44,129 bases of DNA from Batkoa obscura (GCA_030770535.1 JASVEC010000135.1:1-44129), one strand, 5' to 3'; counted from the stretch's first letter, positions 1 to 13,788 are shown. Made by a program: numbers and translations. The notes: generated by a model from the letters alone, not told the origin.

Positions 1-1
1 T

Positions 2-160
2 GTTAGTAGAGAACAAATGATTTGGGAGTCTGTTGGTCGTGATGTTCAACGTAAAAATAAAGTATTCTCTGCTTTACGTCGTTCTCGCAAATCTATGTCC
101 TCCCATTCCAGATCATTCTCCACTGATAAGCAAAATCAAAATACAACTAACAATGCTTAG
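2..160 (+). CDS. 3' end of an unidentified protein-coding gene running in from the left edge
   Basis: Stop-free frame from the window edge (VSREQMIWESVGRDVQRKNKVFSALRRSRKSMSSHSRSFSTDKQNQNTTNNA*, TAG 158-160). Coding-like GC drops to AT-rich sequence after the stop. Confidence 0.6.
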   Translation, partial: VSREQMIWESVGRDVQRKNKVFSALRRSRKSMSSHSRSFSTDKQNQNTTNNA

Positions 161-420
161 TTTTACTATCTTCCATCTACAAAATCCAATTTATATATCA
201 CCTAATATAATAAACTCAAATTATTTTTGGATGGAAATTTGATTTTTAATAATTTTATGTTTATAATAGAATTTCAGTTTCCCATAAAATTGAATGATTT
301 ATAAATTGTAGCCAATAAAAACAATGGTTCATGTTTAAAGTATTCTTAAAAATGAGTATTTGTAAAATGTTTGTTAAATACAATTTACATCAACAATTTT
401 AATTAAAAGTTATTAAAAGG

Positions 421-1885
421 ATGAGTACCAATAATAATGAGTCAGTCAAGCTGAAAGAAAAGAATAGGTACACTAAAAATACAATTTTGAAATTAATTCA
501 TTGGGCGTCCAAATTGGAAAAGTTAAGGCTAATGGACTTAAATACTACGTTTTGTGAAATTATATTAAGACAAATTAACTATGAGTTTACCGAAGAGTGG
601 GTAGAATACAACGAAGAGAAAGCAGAGATTGAAATGGAAGAATCTTTAGTAAAATATGGAGGTTATGTGAGGAGGATCATGTTAACTAACTCTCATGACC
701 TTTCCGTTTTATGAAACTTTATTTAAAAACTGCAAAATTATATATACTATTAAAATCGAACAATGCCCAGTAAATGAAGTGTTAGATTTAGTGTATAAGT
801 ACTATGGAACAGAAATTCGACATTTAACTTTAGGTAGTCCAGTAAATAAAGAAATCACAACTTTAGCACAGATACCCAAATTTCCAAAGATACTAACATT
901 AAGAATTAATCGAATGAATATTGAGACCCCTTGTTTACAAGAAATATTATTTTTTTTAAATGACAGTTTAAAGACGTTAAGTTTGGGTCAGCTAACTTTG
1001 GTTGAAGATAACACAATAAGGTATATAGAAAATAGATTTCCAGAGTTAGATTGTTTGGATTTGGCAACGGAAGCGTTTTATGAAGAAGGTCTCTTAGCAT
1101 TAGAAAAATCGATACATCGATATAAAGAATTGTCATTTGGGGCATTGGCCGATATCACTAAAAACACAGCCAAACTAAAGTTATTAAACAGTAAGATACC
1201 AAAGTTAAAGAGACTTAAAATAGTAGGCAGTAAGCAATTGATTGAAGAAGGGATCAAATTTTCACAATTATTAGTAGGTAGCAATTATGGATTAAGTACA
1301 ATTAGTTTAGCACGTTTGAATATGGATGTCGAATATTATTTTACAATGCAGAGATTCCCTCAATTAGTTACTTTGACATTAGATAACTGTGCAAATTTAT
1401 CTATTGAGCATGTTACAACTATATTCCAGCATCCAACTTTACGAACACTATCTTTAAATGGGAATAGTATAACAGATGAGCATTTTTCATTATTGGTAAG
1501 GCGCAGAAAGATGGATACTGCTCCAATAGCAAACCTTGCAACATTAGCAATCCGGGGTGCTTATCCAATTGGTTTTTTATTTTTAAGTTACTTAGTTATG
1601 AGTTTGTTAAATGTAGTAACATTGGATATAACATCTACAAGGACAAGGAGCGAAATACCAGTAAATACTATGATGCCCCAATTAATGAATTTGAATACCA
1701 AGCCACTAAAATTGGGGGCGATAGGTATTAAGGGATCTTTTATTGACAATGTTATACTAGAAGCATTGCTTATAATGGCGCCCGACTTAAAAGTGATCAA
1801 ATGTAGTGATAGTGAATCCCTTAAAAAACATCTAAGTGCAAAGCATTTACTAAAGAAAGATTTGATAATATTTACTGAGAACTAA
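421..1885 (+). CDS. RNI-like leucine-rich repeat protein (F-box/LRR type), split by a +1 frameshift near 700-714
   Basis: ORF 695-1885 has repeated LxxLxL motifs (LKTLSLGQL, LVTLTLDNCANLS, LRTLSLNGNSITD). ORF 421-714 overlaps it and reads continuously into it if one base is removed (about 487 aa). Confidence 0.65.
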
Positions 1886-2077
1886 ACGAGTACTTAGATA
1901 TAGTAGCTATCTTAAGTAATTGAATGGAACAAATGACAGCAATTTCTACAACAGTTTGATGTTAGTAATTATGAATAATACTCAATTTGATTTATTTTTA
2001 ACAATGATTGTTGGAATAGTTTGATAATAATAAACTAGATAGTGATGCTATTTAATTTCAATTATATTATACTTTTA

Positions 2078-3649
2078 TTAATTTATCCATTCCGCTAATT
2101 TTTTTAATACTAAACTCCTTGCTAATCTTAAATCTAAGGGATCATTATCAAAATCAGGTAAAAGATCTTGAGTATGGGAAGCAGAAGTAATCAAAAGTAC
2201 CAGATTATTACTTGTATTCATATTGCTTATATCGTTATTCATGGGGCTGTCTTTATTGGGTAATACTGATAAGTAAGACCAAGGATCTAATTTTCCATTT
2301 GTATAGATGACTTTGCTTATTAATTCATTTCCACCATACCTTTGATTTATATCTTCGACTTTAGGTGGGCCAATTAATTTACTAAAGTGTTGCTTAGAGC
2401 ATACTGTGTTATAAATCCAATCATACGTTAATCTTTGGGACCTTAGACTTATTCCACTATTTGGTGCTGTTTGATAATATCCAAATTCAGTGCATGTTTG
2501 ATAAGTCCACTATATAATGTAACAAAAGTAAATAAATAAATATACACATAATCAGCTTAATAATATAATCTACCTGTCTGTTAGCATTATCTGGATTGTA
2601 TTTGATATCTTTGATTTCATCTATAAAGGTTAAATCATAGCACGATTTATTTTGAGATTTGAAATAAATCTTGGCAGCAGTTGAAAAATATGCTAAATAT
2701 TCATTGAATGACATGTTATAATCTATATTACTACATACAGTATTCACATTAAACGGTACATTAGGTCGATTATATTGCACTGCTGTTGCAAACATATCCG
2801 ATAGCACAGATACAAACATAGTGTCATCTATTACACTTTGACATTCAAATTGTTCTTTAACTTTTGAGATTGCATTACTGTTTTTACTATTTAATAATGT
2901 GTCCAAGTTTTTAGTAAAGTTAGCAATGATATTAGCACACTTTTCACCAAATGAAATCGCAGTAATTTGATCATACTGATAAAAATCTCCAAGTGCTTTT
3001 ACTGGAGCAGAAGAAGCTAAAGCCGCATCAATTAAATTTGGAAACAATTTTCTAGACCAAGCAGCTAAATTACCAGCGTAACTACCACCAACAACAATTA
3101 CCTTTTGATTCTCCTTTCTTTTGCTTTGTAAAAAGGATTCAATATCTTTTAAACTTTGTAGACTACTTAAATAACTCAAGTTATCTACACTCATATCTTC
3201 AAATAATCTACTTTCCCCATAATAGCGATGCTCTAAGGTATAAATCATGGCTTGAAGTTGTTGGGCTATCCTTACTATAAACCCACTTTCACTACTTCTT
3301 GAGACTAACTTGCCTTCCCCACCAATATATAATAATAGTGGTCCATTCACTTTATAATAGTTGTCATTTTGATAGTAGCGTTGACTAAAATTTCTGTTAT
3401 CATTTAAATTAAAATGATCAACTCTTTGTTGAAATATTAAACCTTTGCCTTCAGCCATCATAGGTTCTAATTTATTAGTTAATAATGGTATTGGCTTAAT
3501 TCCTGCCTCGTTTTCATAATCTATAGCTGCTATAGCCCTAAGCAAAATTTAATTAATTAAATAATAGGTTTAGTTTAGTATTACCTTAAACTATAAGTTA
3601 TATTTAAACAAGTTAATAAAAGGAAAAATAGACGTATAAATAAATTCAT
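2078..3649 (-). CDS. Secreted serine peptidase, family S28 (prolylcarboxypeptidase/thymus-specific serine protease-like); 3 exons
   Basis: Motifs QRVDHF, YIGGEG, LEHRYYGES, GGSYAG, ASSAPV, WTYQTCTEFGYYQT. Signal-peptide exon MNLFIRLFFLLL from ATG 3649. GT-AG introns 3538-3584 and 2510-2573; stop at 2078-2080. Confidence 0.92.
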
Positions 3650-4605
3650 TCTTTAATATTTAATATTGTAAAATAAAAACACAATATGTTATTTATACAT
3701 CTCTTTTTTTTTTTCTTGTTATAACCTTTCTTAATTTCCGTTTTATTTTTATTGACATTTTTAACATTTTAACTTGCTTATTTTCCATTTTTAGATTTAT
3801 CAATGTTGTTCAATTGCTGTTCTAGTACCTCTTTTAACTTCTTTTAATAAAAATGATATAGCTTTAGTCTATCAGTTTATTTGTTTTTCATCTTTTTAAC
3901 TCAATAATCTATCATAAAATAATTGATATTAATTTCTTAACTAAATAAACATTCTTGGATATTGTGATAATATTTTATAATTGATATTTTGAATAAAATT
4001 AACTTATTGGTTTATAAGCCGTAAAATTTTAATCAAGTAAATTAAATAATGTGCGTAGCACCTCCAAGTGTTCTAATAAAATAATATTTTAGTATCTCAA
4101 CATAATATAAAATAAATTAAAATGAATATTATTTTATCCACAGTTTATTAATTGAAATATAAAATAAGCTCAAGTATCTGAATAACTTCGCTTAACCAAT
4201 GAAATCATCAGGGTATGGTGCACTATTTATTTTCTGGATCTAAAGTTCTTAAATTGTCAGCAGTCACATTAATATTGGTAAATGATTTAAAGCCATTTTT
4301 CCTAAGATTAGCCTTCAACCTGCTAATTTTAGATAATATCTAAAGCGTTTGTTTGGACATAGTGACACAATGTCAGAATGATCCAATGAGATCAAGTGTA
4401 TATGTTAGTGGCCAATAGAATAAGATCTATTAGGAATAAAAATTAAAATTTAGCCAATAAAATTTAAGTCTCAATTGATATTTCTAACCTAACCAAAACA
4501 ATTAGTAAAAAGTAATGGTGAGAGATTTTATAAAATTAACGGTTTCTGTTCTAATCAATTCTATCAAAATTAGGATTCATTTTAATAAGCAAGTTTTTTT
4601 GAAGC

Positions 4606-6097
4606 ATGTCGGCAGTATTGAGAGCATCAAGTTTAATCAAGGCGAGGCAGGCTTCTAAAGTTTTGAAGGATACCTCTAATGCCTCAAAATTTTATAAATA
4701 TTTAAGTCAAATTACGTTGGGCACTGTAAAGGTCGGGGACCACTGTCAGGTACCTTACAACTTTGGGGAAACTCAGTTAGCCCTTAGAAATGGTGGCTAT
4801 TCATCCTTTTACCCTAATCAAGGGACTAACAATAAATCGATGGGGGATTCAATGGGGATGCTACCCCTAGTAAATAATGAATTTAATTCAAGTACAATTT
4901 ATAATCCTCGTTCAGACGCTGGATTTTTCGATTTGTACTATCCGTCACCATCGCCACCAATAGTTAAAGACTGGAATCAACAATCAGATTATGGAATGCA
5001 TTTACATCCTTGGCAGCAGTATTACTTTGATTATGGAGTTACAGGGATACCAAAAACAAATTCAAAGTTACCTTTTCCAGATGAAGATAAGTTTTATTTA
5101 AGTAAGGGGTTTGGTGAAGATGCATGTTTCATACGTAAAGACTCTTTAGGGGTAGCAGATGGAGTAGGAGGATGGAGAAAAGTGAAAGGTATTTCTTTCT
5201 TTGTTTCAATAACGTTTGAACTTAATGTTGTTTAGGTGCAAACTCTGCCTTCTTTTCGCGCAACTTGATGCATTTTGCTTGTCAAGAACTTTCAAAGTTA
5301 GAGAGTTTGGATTACAATTCTTCGCAGTCACCAGCTGAAGGTGGTGTTTATTTATCACCTTGTGAACAGCGGTTGTTTTATCATCAAGTAGATCCTATTA
5401 AGATTCTTGAAAATAGTTATCGTTTAGCTATTGAATCAGCTTCAAGTTATGTAAGTGTTATGATTATATACTAATTATAATTTATATTTATATATTTACT
5501 TAGAAAATAAAAGGCTCAAGTACAGCATGTATTGTTATACTTCGAAATAACGAATTGAGGATTGCGAATTTGGGTGATTGTGGAGTAGTAGTTTTAAGAG
5601 ACGGCGTTGTTATTTTCCAAACTTTAGAGCAACAACATTCATTCAACTTCCCATATCAATTGGGCACAAATTCTAAGGATCGACCAAAAGATGCACAATA
5701 CTACTCATATTCAGTAGAAAAAGGAGATGTTATAGTAATGGGAAGTGATGGTTTATTTGACAATTTATTCCTTTCTGATATTGAAGAAGAAGTAACAAAA
5801 TGGAAGCCCGACTTTGATTGGGTATATGATACAAGTTCCTATAATGAAGTTTTGGGGTTTTGCACTACATCAACGAGCCTTAGAAATGCATCAAGTCATT
5901 ATGAAGCTAATTTGAGACCTGGAGACTTATCTCATGCTTTAGCAGCTCGTGCCTGCAAAGTATCACAACAGACCACGACCAATCAATCTACACCTTTTGA
6001 AGAAAGAGCTAAGAAAGAGGGCATAAAGTTTCAAGGTGGTAAAAGGGATGATATCACGGTTTTAGTGGCTGTGGTAGCACCACAAGCTCAAGATTGA
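4606..6097 (+). CDS. PTC7: PP2C-family phosphatase PTC7/PPTC7; 3 exons
   Basis: Motifs GEDA, GVADGVGGW, GSSTAC, ANLGDCG, QQHSFNFPYQL, GSDGLFDN, GGKRDDITV. Introns 5189-5235 and 5451-5503. Basic N-terminus resembling a mitochondrial targeting sequence. Confidence 0.93.
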
Positions 6098-6431
6098 TAT
6101 TTTACTTTTATATTCTTTTTTTAGATTTTATAACTCTTTACATCCCCTTTTACTAACACTAATAAGTTTATTTAAAGTTGGGCATATATTACCCTTCTAT
6201 CTCTATTACATATGCTCTCTCTTAAAATTGTTGATTCTATTAATTGTTTATCATAAAATTTATTTTTTATTTTTTAATTCATTAAATAAGTTTATAGTTT
6301 GATTACTATTATTATTTTATTTTATTATTGCTATATTATTCAAATTCTTCCATGACGTGGTAGTTGTTTATGATTAATAATCAACAACTATTATAAAACT
6401 TACTAATGATAAAATTTGATTCTTTTTTAAA

Positions 6432-7624
6432 ATGCGAAATCAATTAAAGAATAAACTAAGCCATCAACTTAAAACCTTGGTCAATTTTTATCAAAGAGAT
6501 CGATGGCTTATAGCACAGCAAACAGAACTTAAAATATTAAATACGGTTTACGAATTGCAAAAAATAAATAACAATCAAGCCATTACTTTAAACAATGACC
6601 AACCCGTACAATTGTATAATCAAAAAGTAGACGATGGTGAATTTATACACACATTAAGTATCAAGACCAACAACACAAAAAACATTGTAATGTTACACGG
6701 GTTCGGAGTGGGTTTAGGTATTTATATGAAAAACATGGGAGCATTATGTCAATTGAGTTCCAATTATAACCTACATTATTTAGACTGGTTAGGGATGGGT
6801 TTATCTTCAAGACCAGACCTATTAAATTCATTCAAAGATGGCGTGGATATTACTTATAAAGCTGAAGACTTTTTTATTAACGGTTTAGAAGCTTGGCGAA
6901 AAAACAAGAATATTGATAAACTTCAGTTGGTAGGCCATTCGCTTGGTGGGTATCTAGCTTCCTTATATAGTATGAGATATCCTGAAAGAGTAGACAAATT
7001 AATTTTATTATCACCAGGTAAGATCCTTATATTTATAATATCTAGCTTAACTTATCTATTTTAACGTTAGTTGGCATCCCTGAAAAACCAGCTGTTAAGC
7101 CAGATACGAGGCATCGAGCAACAGCTCCTAAGTGGATCAACTGGTTATGGGATCGTCATATGACCCCACAAAAGATTGTACGTAGCTTAGGACCCTATGG
7201 GGAAAGTTTAGTACTAAGGTACATTATGGGAAGGTTTCCAAACTTACCAGAAAATGAACAAGCTTTACTTAAAGAATATTTGTTTGATATAGCTGCTTTA
7301 CCAGGCTCTGGCGAATATGCTCTAGGCTCTATTTTACAAGCTGGGGCTTATGCAAGGTATCCTTTAAAGTATAGGTTAACTAATATTCATATACCTATTA
7401 CATTTGTTTGTAAGTGTTTTTAACATGTATATTAATAATCTATAATAAGTATCTTCATTTTTATAGATGGGGATAGAGATTGGATGAACCCTGATCATGC
7501 ATACAAACTTATAACAAGTTTACCAGATGGATCTAATTTGAAAATAGTACCAAACGCAGGGCATCAATTGTTTTTAGATAACCCAACTTACTTTAATTCA
7601 TTATTAATCAATGAGTTTAGCTAA
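6432..7624 (+). CDS. Alpha/beta hydrolase, ABHD4/ABHD5/Cld1/Ict1 family (lipase/acyltransferase); 3 exons
   Basis: Motifs LHGFG, DWLGMGLSSRP, GHSLGGY, YGDRDWM and C-terminal HX4D (GHQLFLD). Introns 7018-7070 and 7410-7466; TAA 7622-7624. Confidence 0.9.
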
Positions 7625-7718
7625 AAAAGTGATTATAATAAAATATACAATGAGAGTATAATAAAGTAATATACGTAATAACATAATAATATATAATTTA
7701 ATTAATTTATAACGTAAT

Positions 7719-8913
7719 TTAAAATCCTTTGCAATGTAAAAAGGTAGATAATCTCAGATAAAATTCGATATTGTCGAATTCCGTTTCTGGGCTCAATAAT
7801 AATGTTTTAGGTAAGGACAAAGAGGGATTTATATTATATCTGGCATCTTCATACCCGATCACTCGCCCAATAGCAGTCAACCAACGGAAGCGTACCACTA
7901 AATCAAAATGATTGGCTTGTACTGTCTCAACTAATTGACCCCACTCTCCGCTTTTTAGTGAAACTAAACCATCATTCTTACCTTCCACTTGATTAATAAT
8001 TTGCCATGGAAAATTTAAAAAGGAAAGGTAATGCATTTTATCTAAATAAGCATTATAGCTATAATAAGCTACATTAGGGTCATCTGGGGTACTTGGATTA
8101 AATTTGTTTCTACAGTAATCTGTTGTCAAGTGAGAATAAGCTGGAGCGTCCAAATAACTCATCACTCTTTCAAACCATTGTTGTCGTTCATGTTTATCTT
8201 TTATCTTTTCTTCGCTTGAAATTTTACCTACTTTTAAATGATCCCTGCACCAATCCATAAAGCTACTACCTCTATGTGGAGTCGATATTGTTGTCAAACT
8301 TTTTACTTTATATTTTTTATCTTCATTTGGTATTCTACTAATAAGGTATCTACCATCTAATCCTCCCATTGAATGCCCTAACAAGTTTACCTGTTGACCG
8401 GGTAATGTCTTATTTAATAATTCATGAAGTTGTTGTGCTCTTTCTGCTATCGAGCCTGTACTTGATACTTTCACTACAATTACTTTCGATCCCATCTTTT
8501 CCAATGCTTCAGCTACGCCCTGCCAGTAATGTACCTGTAATGTTGGTAAATTATCAAAACCTGATTTAAATGAGCTCAGCTTTAGTTGAATGTGAATTAA
8601 ATGATTTTATTACCTATTTTATCAAAACCATATAGGCCTAAAGTGTAAAATATTAGCTTAGTAGAAAAATGGGAGATACTGATAGCCTACCATGACATAA
8701 TACTACTGGGTTGCGAGTAGGTTTATAATTTGGTCTTAATACATAGATACTTTGACTAGCTTTAATCTTTTCTTTTTTCTTTTCTTGTATATTCGTTTTT
8801 TGCTGAGTTACTGTGGCTTTAAGTAGGCTTTTGATAGTTGATTTAAACGGTGCAATATTTAGAGCCTGTTTTATAGTATCAAAGTTGAAGTTAATGGCCA
8901 ATTTACGATTCAT
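7719..8913 (-). CDS. TGL2: Tgl2-like triacylglycerol lipase (alpha/beta hydrolase), paralog 1; 3 exons
   Basis: Motifs PVVLCHGLYGFD, YWQG, GHSMGGLD, TISTPHRGS, NDGLVS, NHFDLV. Introns 8638-8690 and 8561-8613. Confidence 0.88.
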
Positions 8914-9895
8914 TATTTTTTATAAATTAATTATACATTCTTTTATACTATTAAAAAATAAATTTGTTATTCCCCTTCAACTTGACTATGTTAGATTCAC
9001 ATGCTAATTTATCATTTTACCTCATAATTCGTTAACTTTTTATTAAATTTGGGAATTACTTGTGTTCTTAAACCAATCAATGTGTTCAGTCTTACAATAT
9101 GCTGGTTTGGACAAGCCACAATTGAAGTTGAACTATTTTGTTTGGGCTCTTTAATTGATTTGCTGCTTAAATTTATTTTAAACTGAATAGTAATCTAAGT
9201 TTGACGTTATTAGGTCATTTAATCATTACTTGATTGATTTGAGTGCATGTTTGTAAACTTAACTAATATAATACAATATCCAGATTAAATATAGTAACTT
9301 GTTATCATTGCTTGTATTTTGATAGCATTTAAATTAAGATAAAGAATTAAACACCTTTAAGACTTTTTACAATTAATAAAATAAAATGGTATTATCGATT
9401 TATTTTAATAATAAGAGCATAATAATTCATACTAGATAAATTAGTTTGAAAAGTTCAAAGCAGTTAAGTCAGAGTATAAGTTTTTAAAAAAAGGCAAAAT
9501 ATAATGTCATACCTAATATTAATTTTCAAGTATTATTCAAATATTTTAGACCAAAGAGGCCAATTATTTATAATTATCATTAAAATTTTTAGTAATATTT
9601 AAAAATAGAAGTAAACATTACTTATAACATCTATTAAAATTATACTAAATTGTTTTAGTATATTAAATACTATAGTAGATATTTCAACTTGAAGACAGAG
9701 GAATTTGTTTTTGAGGACACTATCATTTAGACTTATATAATGTAGATATATAATTTTAATGACATGGACATAAATTATTACATAAAAATTAATCTGACAT
9801 CGTTTTTTATAAACTCTCATCATTAAAATAATTAATGTTATATTAAATAATATTAGATAGCCTTTTAATTTTTTCAAAATTTTAAATAAGCAAGT

Positions 9896-9994
9896 GGGGA
9901 TGTTTTTTTTGATTTCATTACTTTTTCCATTTTTTAAGCGTTATTTGAGCGGAAAGATTTTTGGTAAAATTCTTAAACAAAAAAATACATTCCC
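9896..9994 (-). mobile_element. ~100-bp MITE (Sola2-related family)
   Basis: GGGGATGT...ACATTCCC termini; perfect 4-bp TSD AAGT (9892-9895 / 9995-9998). Confidence 0.9.
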
Positions 9995-10959
9995 AAGTAA
10001 TTCCCTATAACTCAAAAAACAGCCCAAAGTAGTACACATAGAGACTCATTTTAAAAGCAACCAGGTTTTCAACATACTTTATGCTACATTTATTATTATA
10101 ATTTTAAAGTTTAATCTTTTTAATAAGCTTTATTTTAGATTGTTTAATATAATATACATTGAGCAACAATAAAGTCGACTACTTTTCAACATTGAAAGCA
10201 AAAAATAAATATATTTTTGATGCATTGTAAATCATTTATAATAAATGACCTTAGTTTTAGCTTTAAAAAGTGAAAATCACAAAAATATGATTAAACATAT
10301 CATAACTCAATGAATAATTTGTCAAATAATATAGCATAAAACTTATCAAGGATATTAAGCTCTATACTACATTTGATATTATGATATTGGAGATGTAAAC
10401 AGTCTAACAACTCTAGTAAAATTTATGGATTTCTGCAAAAAAGTGTATAATGCTTTTGTAAGAGCAACTAACTTTAACTGTTATAATATATTAATACAAA
10501 ATGTAGAGTAAAATTTGAAGTTTCTAATAGCTTTTATTTAATATTACCTACTGTATTATTTATTGAACTATGGCAAATTTAGTTATTTTTTAAAGTCTTA
10601 AAAAGGATTCAGTTCTAGTATAATATAAGACACTTTAATATAAAAACTTGCCAAAAAATATTACCAGAATAGTATATATATATTATATAATTCTAGATAT
10701 TATAATGACTTTTCATACCAACCTTTTTAGCTGAATCGGACCGGATGGGCTAAGTTTAAATAGTACTTGCTATTAACTCTTTTTAATAATCAATTTAAAT
10801 AATACGAAATTTGTTTAGATCAAGTATAAATCTACATTCAAAATCTCTATTAATTCTATCCTTCGATCTCCTTTCGATTTTTCCTTTATCTTTGTACTAC
10901 CTACTTTATTAAATTTTATTAGGATGAATCGCCACTAACTCAATGAATAATAAGTATAT

Positions 10960-11059
10960 AGGGCTGTATTTTTTTTGTTTAAAAGTTTTACTAACAAACT
11001 TTCCACTTAAATAGCGCTTAAAAATGGAAAAAATAATGAAGTCAAAAAAAAACACTCCC
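10960..11059 (+). mobile_element. ~100-bp MITE copy
   Basis: AGGGCTGTATTTTTTTTGTTTAAAAGTTTTACTAAC...AAACACTCCC, matching the family consensus; TSD degenerate. Confidence 0.85.
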
Positions 11060-11417
11060 AAATGTTATTATTGTTTATCAACTTGTAAAAAAACATTTAA
11101 ATAATAAAAACATAAACTATTAAATCATGGTATAAATTTTAACGTTTAATATCCAAGTTAGTATTCAATAAATAAAATTGAAAGCATTTTTTATTTAATT
11201 AACTGGCTTTGTCAAAGTCTTATTTTATATGGCTAAGATAGACTTAATAGGGATGGCATATAATAAGCTATGAACTATATAATATAAAAAAAATAAAAGA
11301 TACTATTATAAAATTCAATAGTCTTATTAAAAAGTATAGTATCAAAAAATAGTTTAATAAAAAGCTTCAAGTTGTTGTACTAAAAGTTTCTTTTATACTT
11401 TAGTTAGACAACTATAT

Positions 11418-11618
11418 GGCGATGTGTTTTTATGTTTAAGAACTTTACTAACAATTTTCCCGCTCAAATAGTGCTTAAAAGATGGGAGTGTTTTTTTTAA
11501 TTTCATTATTTTTTCCATTTTTTAAGTGCTATTTAAGCGGAAATTTTGTTAGTAAAATTCTTAAACATAAAAATACATCCCTCAGATGGAAAAAGTAATG
11601 AAGCCAAAAAATACCCTT
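11418..11618 (+). mobile_element. MITE copy interrupted by a nested MITE
   Basis: Left half 11418-11483 and right half 11584-11618 join into a complete copy; flanks ATAT/GTAT. Confidence 0.85.
11484..11583 (-). mobile_element. MITE nested in opposite orientation inside another MITE
   Basis: GGGAGTG...ACATCCCTC flanked by duplicated AGAT (11480-11483 / 11584-11587). Confidence 0.88.
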
Positions 11619-12656
11619 GTATCATTTTCTTTTCCTATTTAACTACAATCAATACTAAGCGTTATCATTAGAAAAATGATGATAGTAACTGCTTAATCCT
11701 CACGAACTTAAACATCTCTGAGTTTGCTTATACTTTCCTTCAAGGTCTTACAGTCAATATTAATCAAACTTAGGCTTTAAGCTAATTTAAACATTATTAT
11801 AAACAAGTTTTAGCTTATTGCCACCAACTTTCCTATTATTAAGTAGTTTTGATTAGTCCTTATTGGGTGGGTAATTGACATAGGTAAGTAAGTTGATGGT
11901 TAGGAAGTTTATTTATCACTACTTCAGAATATTCTTAATCGACTGTTATTTACTTATCAGAAGCTAACTCATGGTAGGGGTGGCAGGCATCTAACGATAT
12001 TTAGATAAGGATAAGGTGGGGGTAAGCGATTGGTGGAAGAGATCATCAATTGTTGTTTTATGTTGTTATTAACAATTTTTATTATAGCTCCCAGTATCCA
12101 TGCAATAGTGAAGTGATATTGCCAAAGTATTCTACCGGATGGCTCTTAGTTAAATAAACTAGTCAATACTTTTGATTATGTTGTACACTTACTAGTTATT
12201 TATACTTCTATTTTCTTATTAAATAATAAAAATTACTCTTAGTTTTTTTGTTTTAATTTTCTAAAATTACTCAAAGTTTGAAATATTAAAGTTATAAGAT
12301 GTTTGGTAAATTAAAAACCTTCCTGTATTCATTATAACGAAAAATAAAACAAGAAAATAATTCATGATTACATTATACAAAAACTTTGTATGAACTAATA
12401 GATGCCGATTAAGTTGTCAGTGATTCCACCAATATTTTTATTACATTCTATTTTAATTCTTAGATTATTTACAAATGAGTGCTTAGGATAAACAAGTTGA
12501 ATTAAAACTTTTCTTTATAGTATTATTGAACTATTTAGTCTTATTTATCAGTTAGTTTATGGATATTTTGATAAAGTATTCGGTTTTTAAACTTCAGATA
12601 CAGCTTTTAATGACTTTTTTAAATTTAATAACTTCATATATACAAGTTAAACATAT

Positions 12657-12752
12657 AGGGATGTGTTTTTTATTTAAGAATTCTACTAACACTCTTTCCC
12701 CTCAAATATTGCTTGAAAAATGAAAAAGTAATGAAATCAAAAAAACACCCCT
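12657..12752 (+). mobile_element. ~100-bp MITE copy
   Basis: AGGGATGTGTTTTTTATTTAAGAATTCTACTAAC...AAACACCCCT; TSD imperfect. Confidence 0.85.
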
Positions 12753-13105
12753 ATGCTTTTTAAATTAACTATTAAATTTGCTAAGCGGATTTCAAGTACT
12801 TGAATAAAGTTTCTATCCCAGTTTAACTTAATAAAAAGCAGATTTTTCCTTTACAATACGTCCAGTTTTTTAAAACTCTATGTTTACTTTTTTTATCACT
12901 TCACCTTTAAACTCTAAAAAATCTAGCTTCTCATACAATCAAATCATTAGTTTTCTTTTTTTAGCCTTAATCTTTTATTATTTCTATTAAACTTTTTATA
13001 AAGATTCCCCTAGCTTAAACTATTTTCTTTGATAGCTTTGCTACAGTAGCTTTAAGTATAAAAACTTTATAGATTATTCATAGTTCTATTTTTAAACAAA
13101 AATTT

Positions 13106-13204
13106 GGGGATGTTTTTTTTGGTTCCATTACTTTTCCATTTTTTTAAGCACTATTTGAGTAGAAAGATTGTTAGCAAAATCCTTAGACAAAAAAATACAT
13201 CCCC
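13106..13204 (-). mobile_element. ~100-bp MITE copy
   Basis: GGGGATGT...ACATCCCC perfect 8-bp termini; TSD ATTT on both sides. Confidence 0.92.
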
Positions 13205-13788
13205 ATTTACTAAACTTAAATTAATATCAAACCATTTGTTTAAAAAAAAGGTCATTTAGTTAATAAATTATTATATAAATTAAGTTTGCTATTATTGTTC
13301 GTGGTCAAGTGTATATTGTTTCGTACTAAACAGCTGGTGGTTACTTAATCCATCATTAAATAATAAAAGCTATCATAAAATAATATATTTTTTATGTAAT
13401 TGCTTTTATATAATGATATTAGTACATGATTATTGGTACAAAGATAGTGAGTGTACTACTTGATTAAAGTAACAAGCCAAAAGATTTAATATTCCAACTT
13501 AAGTATTTTAATAATCAATATTGAATAACATTGTTACAACATGGGTTAGCTAAAAGAAACATAGTTTAGTTTAACTGTTTGGGTCAATCATTTTAGTTAT
13601 TAAGCTTTGAAACAACATATAGCTTTATCTAGTTTATATAGGATAATTGTTAACTATCTAATATTGTGTACTACTAAATTACCAACCATAATAAGTAATA
13701 TAACAACTAATAAACTATAATCAATAATAATATAATAAAACACAAGCATCGTACATTTTTATTCAAATTAATTACAATATATTTTTTT

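Noticed and set aside
33..242. Listed 69-aa ORF
   Set aside because: Wrong frame; the coding-like frame is 2-160.
10800..10900. Weak inverted similarity to 40690-40780 (TTGTTTAG...CATT(T)CAAAAT...ATTAAT(T)CTATCCTT)
   Set aside because: Short gapped matches in very AT-rich DNA; not significant without a computed alignment.
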